From assembly GCF_006345805.1 (NCBI RefSeq), contig NC_043008.1, positions 13,578,001-13,642,000 on the forward strand: DNA of 64,000 nt, in the 5' to 3' direction. Made by a program: the position numbers and the translations under genes. The notes beneath the pieces were generated by a model that was not told the DNA's origin, did no database searches, and saw only the letters and a program-made list of their open reading frames with translations. This DNA comes from Octopus sinensis. Taxonomy: Eukaryota. Positions 50,826-64,000 of the stretch are shown here, in pieces. How positions within the stretch are numbered: position 1 is the stretch's first letter; the number at the start of each line of letters is the position of its first letter.

Positions 50826-51231
50826 GGATCTTTTCCGTTTGAACGGCAGTTTTTAACATAATTTCTAGCTAACTAAAAAATTTTAAACTTCGTACACTGG
50901 TAGAATGTGTTCATAAAACATCTTTTTCTCTTGGCTTTATTGAGAAAATTCTATAGTTTGTAAGATATTTGTGTTTTTCTTTCTTCAAGTTCTGCAATTT
51001 CAACCAATCACTCACGTCTATTGAGGTAAAAAAAAACAACATTCTGTGCCGTATGAATATGTCCCTCGTTTAAGAAACAGATTGGGTTTATTTACATTTC
51101 TGAAGAAAAAAGATACCCTTCCCTCCACCCCTAATCCTAACCCTAACCCTAACCCTAAAACAGTCATAATTATGGGTGACAATTTCATATGACACCACTA
51201 GAAAAAACTGCCGTCCTAACCGAAAAGCTCC
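50826..51231. mobile_element. ~405-bp TIR-bounded non-autonomous element containing telomere-type repeats
   Basis: 29-bp TIRs GGATCTTTTCCGTTTGAACGGCAGTTTTT (50826-50854) and AAAAACTGCCGTCCTAACCGAAAAGCTCC (51203-51231), 4 mismatches; no TSD seen. Confidence 0.8.
51129..51158. repeat. Interstitial (CCCTAA)5 telomere-like tract
   Basis: CCCTAA TCCTAA CCCTAA CCCTAA CCCTAA. Confidence 0.9.
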
Positions 51232-51837
51232 AAAGGAGGTACCACATGATACAATTATTTATTCAAATTAACAACTCGAGCAACGACAAAACAATTAACG
51301 TTCTGCTGCATTTAGCAGCGTTTTCTACATTCTCCAGTTCTCACTACACAGGAAACTGTTTTACTGACCTTCTTCGTAAAGTGCTAATGCCTATAAAATT
51401 ACTTCGCGCAAAAGAGGAAATGCGACCCATTATCAAAGTAATGGACACTGAGTTTCATGTTTCACATTATTTAATCGTTTTATATCATATCAAACTCCAA
51501 TCACTTTACCATTTCAATATAACCGACAATATTTCTTTTATACATATTTGCTAAAATTCAATGACCTTGCTGTATTTAGTTTCTCAATTTTCACAAAATT
51601 TATGAACGCACGCCAATATTTCAAACGAATGATCATGTGAATTTTTTAGTCTACTGTAACGTTACTGATTTTAATTAAAAAAAATAAAATATTAGTAATA
51701 CTTTTCAAATCAATATAGAAAAGAAATTGCAATTTCATGAAAGACGACATACATGATTTATAAATGGAGACATTTTGTGATGACTTAGTTATTGCTTCCG
51801 TGATATTTTATATATTATGACGCCAATGTATAATATA

Positions 51838-51854
51838 TTATGCACACACACACT

Positions 51855-51911
<57 letters not shown>

Positions 51912-51917
51912 CATACA

Positions 51918-51953
<36 letters not shown>

Positions 51954-52031
51954 CATACATATATATATATATATATACATACATATTATATATACATACA
52001 TATATATATATATATATATACATAATATATA

Positions 52032-52070
<39 letters not shown>

Positions 52071-52079
52071 TATATATAT

Positions 52080-52124
<45 letters not shown>

Positions 52125-52227
52125 CATACATATATATATTATATATATATACATACAATATATATATATATACATACATATATATATATATACATATATA
52201 TATACATACTATATATATATATATATC

Positions 52228-52274
<47 letters not shown>

Positions 52275-52376
52275 CTATATATATATATACTACATATATA
52301 TATATATATACATACATATATATATATATATATAACATACATATATATATATATATATATATCTATATATATATAT

Positions 52377-52454
<78 letters not shown>

Positions 52455-52490
52455 CATTATATATATATATATATATAGATATATATATAT

Positions 52491-52537
<47 letters not shown>

Positions 52538-52548
52538 CATACATATTA
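51838..52548. repeat. About 700-bp (TA)n array with repeated interruption blocks
   Basis: Directly visible. Confidence 0.95.
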
Positions 52549-54276
52549 GTTTATCTCAGAGTTAAGAATTATATAAAACTCACTTCTCTTGCACAAAATT
52601 AAGAAAATTAAAAAATATTTTCAAACAAAAGAGAAGAAAAAAGAATGAAATGAAATTTGATAAAAACGTTACGTATAACATGTTAAGTACAATCACATAT
52701 TGAAAATACATTTAAAGTAAATAATAAAATGAACGATTTAGGAAAACATGAAATAAATGCAAGTAAAACAGTTTACTTTGATTGCACAACTATGCCATTG
52801 TAGAAGAATGTGAGGTGTTAATTACAGAATTTGGTAAGGGATATAGCTCACTTTAGTTTTGTTCATAATCTACTATAGATGATATTTACTTTGGTTTCAT
52901 ATTCATACCAGTTATTTGTTGATAGAGAATTATATGAACCACACACACACAGATACACACATACAATCTGTGTATGTATGTGTCTCTCTCTCATACTCAC
53001 ATATATGAAAATATCATACTTGCTTGTAAATTTTAAATACTTCAAACGCAAGCCTGTTTAAGCAACATATATAGAATTTTATGCATACGGAGACATACTG
53101 AGAAACTTTGTTATGATTGCCATATGCAAATGCTATTTTTTCTCTATACCTAGAATAGAGAAAAATGGTAAAGTGTCAGTGATATTAATCTTAAGTATTC
53201 TCGTTTGGTTTCAATATCAATGCTCCAAGGCGATTGGCTAAATTAATAAAGATAATACAGTTTAAAACAAATTTCTTGTATCTGTCTCAAATTAAGTCCT
53301 ACATGTAAATTTTAAAAAGAAACAAAAACAAATATTCATTATATAGTTTTGCCATGAGAAAATTATTTAACATTACAGTTGGAAATTGAGCTGTCCAATT
53401 TCGATAAATTGCTGTCCAGGGAATACCAATGTATCTAATTCATCTTGCCAGGTATATTAACAATAAAAAACGCTAGGAATTGATGCCTGGATATTTCATG
53501 CCCTATATTACAGTGTTGTCATATTGGAGTTAATCACTGAAGCAACGCAAATAATGGAGAGTTGTTAAAGTAGACTATAAACTAATGTATATCTGAATTG
53601 TAAGCTCTAGTGTTAAATTTCAAATTCCGAAATACTTAGGCCATTTCTTATTTCTTTGCCAACAGCCCACTCAAGTGAAACAGCATGGTGTTATTGAAAT
53701 AACACAACCAAAGCAATATATTACTATATTGATATAAATGGTAATACTCAGTTTGATTTCATTTTATTTACTAGAACAACGTTCTTCCACATAGGATGCT
53801 GGTTACTTTAGCAATTATTCTGTTTATAAAACGATTACTCAAGCTGCATCATCTGTTAATTTTCCATAAATTTATGCTACCTTAATATGCTAATGGAAAA
53901 TTCCAAATGCATCTTGACAGCGAATCACATAAAGTGCAGTTTTATCACTTGTTTGTTTGAAAGTCATTCATCCAGTATCATTTGAACGTCAATCACCGTA
54001 TATCATTAGACACGTAAATCTTCGTCGATTCTAGGGAAGAAAGGAAATCAATCCGAAGCAGATGTTGCTTAGCAGATCCGACAATTGTTATTGGAAAAAT
54101 GATTGAAATATCAGCAAACTCATGTATCAAGTAAAATATGATCCTAAGCATTCGTATAGAATAATTACCTTAATGTTGAGAATGAATTGTCATAGTTTTG
54201 TACTTGTTTGACGATATGTCATCGTATATGAGTCGAAACAATATGCTATATTTCTACACGGTATATCTTTCTGGGT

Positions 54277-54604
54277 GAGGGCGCGTGGCTTAGTGGTTAG
54301 GGCATTCGGCTCATGATCGTAAGGTTGTGAGTTCGATTCCCGGCGACGCGTTGTGTCCTTGAGCAAGACACTTCATTTCACGTTGCTCCAGTCCACTCAG
54401 CTGGCAAAAATGAGTTGTACTTGTATTTCAAAGGGTCAGCCTTGTCACTCTCTGTGTCACGCTGATTATCCCCGAGAACTACGTTAAGGGTACACGTGCC
54501 TGTGGAATGCTCAGCCATTTGCACGTTAATTTCACGAGCAAGCTGTTCCGTTGATCGTATCAGCTGGGACCCTCGTCGTCGTAACCGGCGGAGTCTTTTT
54601 TAAA
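54277..54604 (+). mobile_element. tRNA-derived SINE family B, full length, CORE-like central motif, 14-bp TSD
   Basis: A box GGCTTAGTGGTTA, B box GTTCGATTCCC, then TGTGTCCTTGAGCAAGACACTT. TSD ATATCTTTCTGGGT (54263-54276) / ATATCTTTCTGGAT (54605-54618). Confidence 0.93.
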
Positions 54605-54717
54605 ATATCTTTCTGGATAACGCCCATACGGTAAACTATCAAAGAACATCTATCATAATATTCAGGTTATACGAAACATCCTTAAGATGGACAGTTTTTA
54701 ATATTGTTTACCATTCA

Positions 54718-54923
54718 AAGGCGGCAAGCTGACACTTGCTAACGGACAAAATGCTTAGCAGCATTTCTTCCGACCTTAATTTCTGAGTTCAAATGCTGCC
54801 GAGGTTGACTTGGTCTTTTATGTTTGCAGATTCGATATAATAATTACTAGTGAAGAAATGAGGTTGATGTAATCGATTTATTCCCTCTGCCGATATTGTT
54901 GGCCATGAGCCAGAATTTGAAAC
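54718..54923 (+). mobile_element. Degraded A'-type SINE
   Basis: AAGGCGGCAAGCTG...AAATGCTTAGC...CTGAGTTCAAATGCTGCCGAGGTTGAC...GCCAGAATTTGAAAC. Confidence 0.75.
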
Positions 54924-57900
54924 AACCAATATCGTTGACAATTCTTGAAATGAAAAGTTTTATGAAAGAACGAAAATGTAACAGATATTATTATTTTATT
55001 AAGTTCATTATAGTAATTTTTTTGTGTTAATATTTGAACCCTTATAAGTCAGTTGTAAGCTGATGTATCACCAAAGTACTCTTATACACGGGCTTCCTGT
55101 ATGTTTCCATGCCTGTAACTTTACACCCTCCCGTGGGTTTTTCAAATTCACAAGATGGCATTTTGTAATTTGTCTACTATGTGTATTTAGTTAAGGAAAC
55201 ACATTGAGATTCCATATAATTTATTTCTACATTAAATTCACACATAAACATACTTCTGTAAAAAAAAGAGAAAAATATCACTAAATATGTATTTAGCTTA
55301 AGCATATTCTCCATCTTCACAGCCTGCTCTACAGGCATTTTAATTACCAATTAAGTTTATTTTCGAATTCCACAAATCAATTATAACAGTATCATTTGCA
55401 TGCGTTAGGAATAAATAATACACATTAAATTCAATATCAATGCACCACTTATTCTTATAGTCTCTGATACCTGTTCATATTAAACCGCCTTCCGCAGCTA
55501 AACATGAATATGTTCACAGTATATAACAGTATATACAATCCATGCCGTCTCTTTTAACTAGATGTGATGGAAAAAATGTGAATATAATGATAAAATAGAC
55601 TATAAGGGTACACGTTGTAACGCATTCTCTAACAAAGTACATCTATTCACAACTCGAAGTCCAGGTCTAAAATGTTCAGTTCATTTGCATAATAGACGCA
55701 ATACGATTATGAATATTAGTGCAGGACTAATAACACGCACAATTATCAAGCCATAAAGCAGCAGCTTCCATCCATACCCGCTCTGTATTATCTTCATCTA
55801 TTAAAATGAAACAGATCGCCAAATGCATTCACTCTATAGTTCCACTTAGTAATAGTAGTTCTATAGATAACGAAAGCCCCGTAATTAAACCACAGTAAAA
55901 TAAACACACCACGCAACACAATGACAATTACCTCTCATTAATATAATACTCTGAATAAAGCTTAAAACACCACATGCCCGTCCTCTTCTATGCGATGCTG
56001 TATCACATCTAATGCACCAGCAACATAACAGCATTCATATTTCTACAAGTAATTTCCTATCAAATAATATTAACACACATAACATCACATACTCCACGAA
56101 ATCAATCACCGGCATTTAATCACAGAATACAAATGACTCGCAAACAGAAAATCGCATAAGGAAAACAACTTCCATTTTATGAAGCAGAGTTCACATCTAA
56201 GTAATGTCGGTGTGTCTAAGCGACCACTCGACCCGCTCGAAATAACAGCTAAATTTCTCTTGTATGACATACTATTGTCTTTAAAAACTACGGTAACACT
56301 GAGCAATGTTTTTTCTATATATACAGAGAAGCGGGATATTGAGTGTTGATTATCAGTCATTTCAAGTACTTTTGAACTGGATTTAAATAACAAAACAAGT
56401 CAGTTCACATAGGACATTTTTTGCACAAGGAAAGGGCGGAACATCAACAGAAAAATCATCAAAAGACATCTTGATGCCGTATTTTTCTCAAATAAAGCGC
56501 TTCATACGAATACTTAGGCACGTTTGGAGTTTATGCAGAGACTTGCATAAGATGTTGCAGAGATGAAAACGATAATGACGATGATGACAATGCTGATGAT
56601 GACGTCTTGGAGGATGATAATGAGTAAGAGGAAGGAAAATATCATGAAAATGATGATAATAATGATAATGATGATGATTGTAACAACCATCATACCAATA
56701 AAATGGAAAGGCGGCAGTTAAGATAAGAACAAAATATAAAACTATGCATTAAAAATGCCGAAAATACAGCAACATTGAATAAGAATAACAATCGGTTTAC
56801 ATCTTCTTTAAGTACATGCGTAAGCCGATATATCGCAGTGAACAAAAGCCTACAATTTGAATGGCAGAGCGAGAGTGAAAGAAAGTGGTGATAAGCTACA
56901 GAAATCGGCCATTTTAATTGATTTCTAAAAATCACAAATTTGAGCATAGTATTAATCAATGCTTCTCTGTAAATTAACTCTTTCTAAAGATACGTTACAT
57001 TCTAAGTTTTCATTTAATTCTGCACGCAGAATCTCATTACAACTTTAATTTGAAATTCTAACAGTTTTGTAAATTTTGTACATTTGATCAATTTAATTGC
57101 GCTGATAAATGACATCGATATGTGGAGGTAATGCATGCGTGGATAATGTCAGTATATGTTTTATAACATTTAATTTAATAATTCTGGCAATTGTGTTTCT
57201 ATCAAGAATATTTTAGATCCAGTTTCAAGAAAAATTATACTTAACTTTTGAAATACATTAATATTTAATATTGATTCAAGGCAATATAATATATTCATGG
57301 CGGTAAATAATGGTAGCATTTATCATTGAAATGAAAAAAGCACAAACGTGCTTTATGTATAAAAGAAACGTATGGAGATGATATTTTACTTGTTCTACAT
57401 TATTTTATGGAATTTATATTACAAGAATAAATTGCTTTTCTTAATTTCTTCTCGTTGTCTCTACTAATTGTTTTCTGTGCGTATAAATTTTAGATTGATG
57501 AATTTGCTTTTCGTGTAAATGGATGCGCGCTTATATAAAGGAATCGATTGCTCTAGATATTTCGGTTCCTTACGCGTAGGCATAAAAGAATACTCTATAT
57601 AGATTCATGATGCAAATGCTTCATTCCATATGCATGTTCCAGAATTTCGTTACTATTTTGGGTAACACTTTTCAAGCCATGTGAGGATGAAGAGAATATT
57701 CTTTTCACTGAGCTTATTTGATCAATGTGTTAGAAGCCAAAACGCTAATATATGCATAAAATTCGATCTAGGGTGAAAGTCAGTGCAACGTAGTCTTGAT
57801 CGGGGTATTGCTGTATATACATAGGGAGAATTCACAAAAAAAAAAGGATGAAGACAAGTGGTGTAGAAAACAAACAGATATATTAGTTTAACGCTCGGGA

Positions 57901-57996
57901 AGTGAAAAAGTATTTAACATTTCAAGCCTACGCTCTTCAACAGAAAGGAATACAGAAAGAAACAAGGAGAGAAAATAAAGAGAGAAAATGTGTATG

Positions 57997-58032
<36 letters not shown>

Positions 58033-58557
58033 CACACACATATATATATAACTTTTAAATTTGTACACGGTGAACGTTTTCCATATGCAAATATAGCTCC
58101 TAGGCAATATAGAATATTGTATGTGTGTGCGCGTCCGTGTAAAAATGCGTACATATTAGTGAAATGAGGAAATATGTAGTAAGCGGAACATGAACAAGTA
58201 TATCACATATAAATTTCGACAATGTAAAGAAATGGAGATTACGTAGAGAAATAAAATATTATCGTATCACTTAAGAATTGTGCACAAATAAAATACACTG
58301 AATGAAAAACAAACCCAAGACACAAAGTAACGCTTTAGTTGTATTCTTCAATGTAAAGAACGTAAAATAATATTGTCTTGGGTAAAGAAAACAGGGACGA
58401 TAGTAAGAGTACAGCTCCTATTTACATACCACTCACACATACATCTACACATACACACAATATTCAGAATGCATATTTTGCATTATGTATGTCCGGTGCA
58501 TCAGGGCACTGTAGAGTTATATCTCCATTCGCGTAATATGCCTTTTAGAATGTATTT

Positions 58558-59157
58558 AAGGCGGCGAGCTGGCAGAAACGTTAGCACGCCGGGCGAGATG
58601 CTTAGCTGTATTTCGTCTGTCGTTACGTTCTGAGTTCAAATTCCGCAGAGGTCGACTTTGCCTTCTATCCTTTCGGGGTCGATAAATTAAGTACCAGTAA
58701 CGCACTGAGTTCCATATAATCGATTTGATCCGTTTGTCTGTCCTTGTTTGACCCCTCTGTGTTTAGCCCCTTATGGGTAAAAAAGAAATAGGTATTTCGT
58801 TTGCCGTTACGTTCTGAGTTCAAATTCCGCCGAGGTCGACTTTGCCTTTCATCCTTTCGGGGTCGATAAATTAAGTAGCAGTTACGCACTGGGGTCGATA
58901 TAATCGGCTTCATCCGTTTGTATATCCCTGTTTATCTTCTGTGTTTAGCCCCTTGTGGGTAGTAAAGAAATAGGTATTTCGTATGCCGTTACGTTCTGAG
59001 TTTGAATTTCGCCGAGATCGACTTTGCCTTTCATCCTTTCGGGGTCGATTAAATTAAGTAGCAGTTACGCAATGATGTCGATGTTATCGAATTAATCTCC
59101 TTGTCTCTCCTTGATTGTCCCTTCTATGTTTAACCCCCTGTGGGTAATAAAGAAATA
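58558..59157 (+). mobile_element. Head-to-tail trimer of SINE family A
   Basis: Full unit 58558-58790; units 58791-58972 and 58973-59157 both start at the same internal position (GGTATTTCGT) after AAAGAAATA. Confidence 0.95.
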
Positions 59158-60867
59158 AGAGTGTATATTGATGCTGATATACACTCTTGTTATAAATATA
59201 TTGCTCATATCTACATCATGCTGCTGGCATCGAGCAATTACTAATTAATTTGATATATTTAACTTTCTATGATGTACCCAAGTTGTATTGTATGTTATAC
59301 ATTTATATACACCCGCTCATGTCTTATGCTATGCAGTCATTAAAGTCATTATTATATTAAGGGGTATTTCATTAGGTTCCTAAACCTTATCAGTTAGATT
59401 CCCAAATAGCACCATGTTTTAAAACGGCCGGTATTCAGATATATTTTCAAACAGTCAATTAGAATAGGCGAGTCTTGCTTTGAGCATTGTTACTACGAAA
59501 GAAAAGTTAGGAATTGCATCACGAATGCACTACTCTAGGCAGAATATTATTGTTCAAAACCTGCAGGCAAAAAGATAAATAGCCTGACTTATTCATCTCC
59601 ATTTCAAGCATTTTGAATGTGTATTCCATAATTGATGTTTTAAAAGAGAAACTTCGCCAAAGTTATAACTGCAAACTTGGCTAAAGTCAGTGGATAGTCG
59701 TAAAAAGAAATAATGATATATGGATATATATTATAGAAGAATCGAAATTTTACTTTTGCTAAACCTCAAAGGTCATTTATCTCTGGTCAAATTTTACACT
59801 TACCGATTTTATGCAATGCTAAGAAGAATTTGAAAGAGCATAAGAATATTTTATTACATGTCTTTTTGTCGAATCATCAATACTTCATTTTCATTCTCAA
59901 TTCTCTCAGTTCAAAAGTTGAAGTGAGGGATAATTTAATTTAATTTATTTCGCAGACAACTGAAATTTCTCTGTCAAAGATTCATTGGCTTTTGATGTTT
60001 GCAAATCGACTGAAGACATTATAAGTGAGTGTATTAGTTCATAACCTTTGGTTTACAGCAATATCTGGGGTTAAGTTTGATGATATACAGGAAACAAATT
60101 CTCCTGTTGTTGGAAGCCAAAGGAACAATACTGAAATAAAATAGAAAGAGGGGAGTGAGCAAAGAAGATGAAGGCAAACGAACTGCTGAACTAAGATAGA
60201 ATAGAGAGAGATGCTTGAGAAGACTGTGAATTACGTGAGATAAATAAACATAGGAAATAGGAATACAAGGCTGAGAAAAATAACAAAATGAAGTGAAAAG
60301 GAGGGGAAACAAGTTATGAACAATATATACAAGCATGAATTATGGCCAAATGTAGGATAATGGAATGAATAAACGTGCAAGTACATGCATTGGGATATAA
60401 TTGCAACACACCATTAATGGATAAATATTCGATGAAACAATGTTCAGCATCACAAAAGTTTAAGGTTTAACGCTTGTAACAACCTACAAAATAAAAACAA
60501 ATCTCCATGTTATCATAACCGATGTGGATATTACTGAAATCGTATTCCACGTGACCAAAATTTAACGAAATGTCAAGAGAGCCGTCATCCGTTACAACAG
60601 TTCAGCCATGATTGTAACACATGCAGTCAGAATTATTGTTATTCCCATCATAGAAAACCATCATCGCCTCTTCTATATCTGGTCGTAACATTTCTATTAA
60701 TCTGCAGATAAAACGTAACATTAACAACGTCGGCAAGGTAGCTACCAATGCAAAAAGCTTTTTAGTCACTGTTAGTACCAATATTGCCGCCATTATTCGA
60801 GGCCACATTATTATCAAATACCACGTTATCCAAATAGCAGCACCAGTATATTCACCATTGCTATTTA

Positions 60868-60964
60868 GCGTAGCAGCCAGAGCAACAGCAGCAGCGACAC
60901 GCGCAACCATGACATCAGCAGCGGCAGTGGCAACATCAGCAGTTGTAGCAGTAGCAGTAGCAGC

Positions 60965-61011
<47 letters not shown>

Positions 61012-61081
61012 CAGCAGCAGCAGTAGTAGTAGTAATAATAGCAGTAGTAGTAGTAGTAGTAGTAATAGTAGCAGCAGTAGC

Positions 61082-61149
<68 letters not shown>

Positions 61150-61210
61150 CAGTAGCAGTAGTAGTATTAGTAGTAGTAATAATAGCAGCAGCAGTAGTAG
61201 TAGTAGTAGT

Positions 61211-61242
<32 letters not shown>

Positions 61243-61268
61243 TAGTAGTTGTTGTTGGTGTTGTTGTT

Positions 61269-61299
<31 letters not shown>

Positions 61300-61315
61300 C
61301 AGCAGTAACAGCAAT
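60868..61315. repeat. Mixed (CAG)n/(TAG)n trinucleotide array
   Basis: Directly visible; yields poly-A/V and poly-L ORFs. Confidence 0.95.
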
Positions 61316-62086
61316 ATAATTGCTATTGTTTTCGTCCTGGCCAGCACCATGATTGTTCTCAATATTTATATGGCTTCCCAGGAAACATTAAAACCTGTTT
61401 GAAAGCACCGGCGATACTAAATGTCAGAGGCAAACACTTTGAAGTGGGATTTACGACTATTGTGTTCGAAATGGTCGAACGCATTAAAATCACGCTCCAG
61501 CAAATCTCACGGCGCCATATAGCGATGACAATTCGCTTCATTTATTTGTAATAAACAGTCAATTTTATAACAATTAAGTCTTTAAAATTTTTATAACTGT
61601 TAACACTAGACAGACGATCGTATATCACGGCAGCAAAATCCGAAATCTGAAAATCAGGTTCCTTATTGAAGGGAAGAAGATATCGTATAGATTTGCTCTA
61701 TAGCGTCTCCACTATAGAAAATCGGAAAGCGTTTTTATATAAGCCATTTACTTCGCATTATTTTCTAACAGAAAATGTGACCGAGTTATGAAAATTAATT
61801 GAAAAATAAGCTGTTGAAGTAAGCAGTTCAAATAAGCAGTTCAATATCATCCTACCACAAGGAAGTTATTACCTCTCATAAGTTATTACCTCTTCAAAAG
61901 CAAAATAATGAAAATAGCAATTGGACGTTTAATGTCTGTGTTATAAGAGGAAGAGATAAGTTTATTTTATCGTGTATGAAGTATAGTGGGATATCGTTAA
62001 ATGTATAGGCGTTCGTAAATCATTATACAAATGTTGCATATATATATATATATATAATATATATATATATATTATATATATATATA

Positions 62087-62491
<405 letters not shown>

Positions 62492-62594
62492 ATATATATA
62501 TATATATATATAAAAATATATATGTTTGTATATGTATATGTATATGTATGTATGTATGTATATGTAAAAGATAACAGAATATATATATATATAT

Positions 62595-62791
62595 TCTCTT
62601 ATCTTTTACTTGTTTCAGTCGTTTGACTCTGGCGATGCTGGGGAAGTGATTTTAATTGCAGAAATCGACATCAGGACTTAAGTTTGTAAGCTTAGTACTT
62701 ATTCTGTCGGACTCTTTTGACAAGCCGCTAAGTTACGGGGACGTTAATATACCAACATCAGTTGTCAAGCGATGGTGGGGAGACAAACACA
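62595..62791 (-). mobile_element. SINE family C, 3' half only, diverged
   Basis: TTTTACTTGTTTCAGTC...CCGCTAAGTTACGGGGACG...GTCAAGCGATGGTGGGGAGACAAACAC. Confidence 0.85.
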
Positions 62792-64000
62792 GAAGGAAAT
62801 ACATACAAGTCAATGAAAAGTCTTCTACCGCAGCTCAACAACATCGAAACCGACAGTAAAACAATGGGTAAGGCCTAACTGTTGCATATGCATCAAACTC
62901 GTCGAGGTATCGGAATTCTCCTTTAAGCAGCGTCAGCGTTGTACGGTGAATAGCAACTTCATATATGCTCCGGAAAACCAAATATATGTATTTGTCGAGA
63001 ACAATATATTGGTCGAACTAGAAACAGTCTACGCCAAAGGATGACAGTATATACATCCCACATTAAAATACAGGAATACAGAAAAATAGGATTAAGCGAT
63101 CACATCGATATTTGCGCCACTAACGAACAACCGAACTTAAGAATTTTCCCCTCTATAAATTCAGGGACCGTGCAATCATTAATCTGAGCATTAACTATGA
63201 AGCATATTTCATCGCAAAATATAAATCTATTTTTAATGCTTCCATTACAGATGAAGCTACTACAAGAATTTACAACAATTTCAACCATTACTACTACGAC
63301 TAGAGCAGGGCACTTTCAGGCCGTTTGACCATTAAAGAATATTCCACGAACAATATATTGTTTCACACCACTCCTGTGTTTTCTTTTCTTTCTCCTTCTT
63401 CTTTCCTTACTATTACTTCTACATCTTCTTCTTCTCAACCTCCTCTTCCTCCTCTTTCTTCTTCTTCTTCATCTTCTTCTTCTTTTTCTTCATCTTCTCC
63501 CCCCCCCCTCGGCTATTCCTGCTTAAACCATCAATTCTCTGTACTCATAAAACTATTCACATAAAACTGTTCACAAAGGAAGAGAAAGAGAGACATACTA
63601 TTTGAAGACTATGAAAATATTTGCAAAGCATTTCACTTAATTGTTTTTTTTCTTATTTTATTCTTAGTTGAAAAATTCTAAAAGTGGAAACCGGTACTAA
63701 AACGTACTTCCTAATAAAATTATTTTATAAACATCTTCTACGCTATAATTGTTTATTTGTGTGTGTGTGCGTGTGTGTATGTGTATGTATATAGATATAT
63801 ATATATTATTATTATTATTATTGTTATATATATATATATATATATATTATTGTTATATATATATATATATTTATGTGTGGAATTATGTATGTGTGTGCGT
63901 ACGCGTGTGTGCCTATCTTAGATGCGTGAGCGTCCTGGTGTGGAATTTGACTCTACTCTGCAGAGCAAGAAACAGAGGTTAAAATGAACTTAAAATGACA

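Noticed and set aside
54277-54350. tRNA gene
   Set aside because: A and B boxes are present, but there is no acceptor stem and it continues into a SINE body flanked by a TSD. The same applies to the other tRNA-like heads.
58558-59157. CRISPR array or hammerhead retrozyme
   Set aside because: The units are ~183-bp SINE bodies without unique spacers, the context is eukaryotic, and there is no CTGANGA/GAAA core on either strand.
60602-60910. 102-aa hydrophobic ORF resembling a membrane protein
   Set aside because: It is continuous with the decayed edge of the trinucleotide array, and its composition follows the repeat.
60858-61362. Poly-A/V and poly-L ORFs, or a polyQ gene candidate
   Set aside because: The CAG runs are interleaved with TAG stops in the Q frame; it is a mixed trinucleotide microsatellite without exon context.
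61805-61895. 12-14-bp tandem micro-duplications (also near 33253 and 45780)
   Set aside because: Ordinary slippage products with no further structure.

Overview
AT-rich, repeat-saturated, apparently non-coding animal DNA (intergenic or a very large intron). It is most likely from an octopus or other coleoid cephalopod, judged from tRNA-derived SINE families I recognise from memory and a (CCCTAA)n tract. I could not support any host protein-coding exon, rRNA, true tRNA, CRISPR array or promoter. Nearly all long ORFs in the track are microsatellite read-throughs. Supportable content: (1) about 30 SINE copies from roughly five families (my labels A/A', B/B', C, D, E), with clean TSDs, nested insertions, a head-to-tail trimer and module swapping; (2) fossils of autonomous elements: a DIRS/Ngaro-like RT-RNase H (380-1970, -), two R4/Dong-clade RLE LINEs (9346-10185 -, 36200-37845 +), a Penelope-like fragment (about 47620-48150) and three complementary pieces of one mariner family; (3) two TIR-bounded MITEs, one carrying telomere-type repeats; (4) several long fold-back inserts, two with partial hammerhead-ribozyme-like cores; (5) many long micro/minisatellites, some with higher-order repeats. 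All alignments and mismatch counts were done by eye, and family names need a Dfam/Repbase check. The best leads are the fold-back/hammerhead-like elements, the SINE trimer, SINE module shuffling and the telomeric-repeat MITE. All are probably transposable-element biology; I found no convincing novel gene system.
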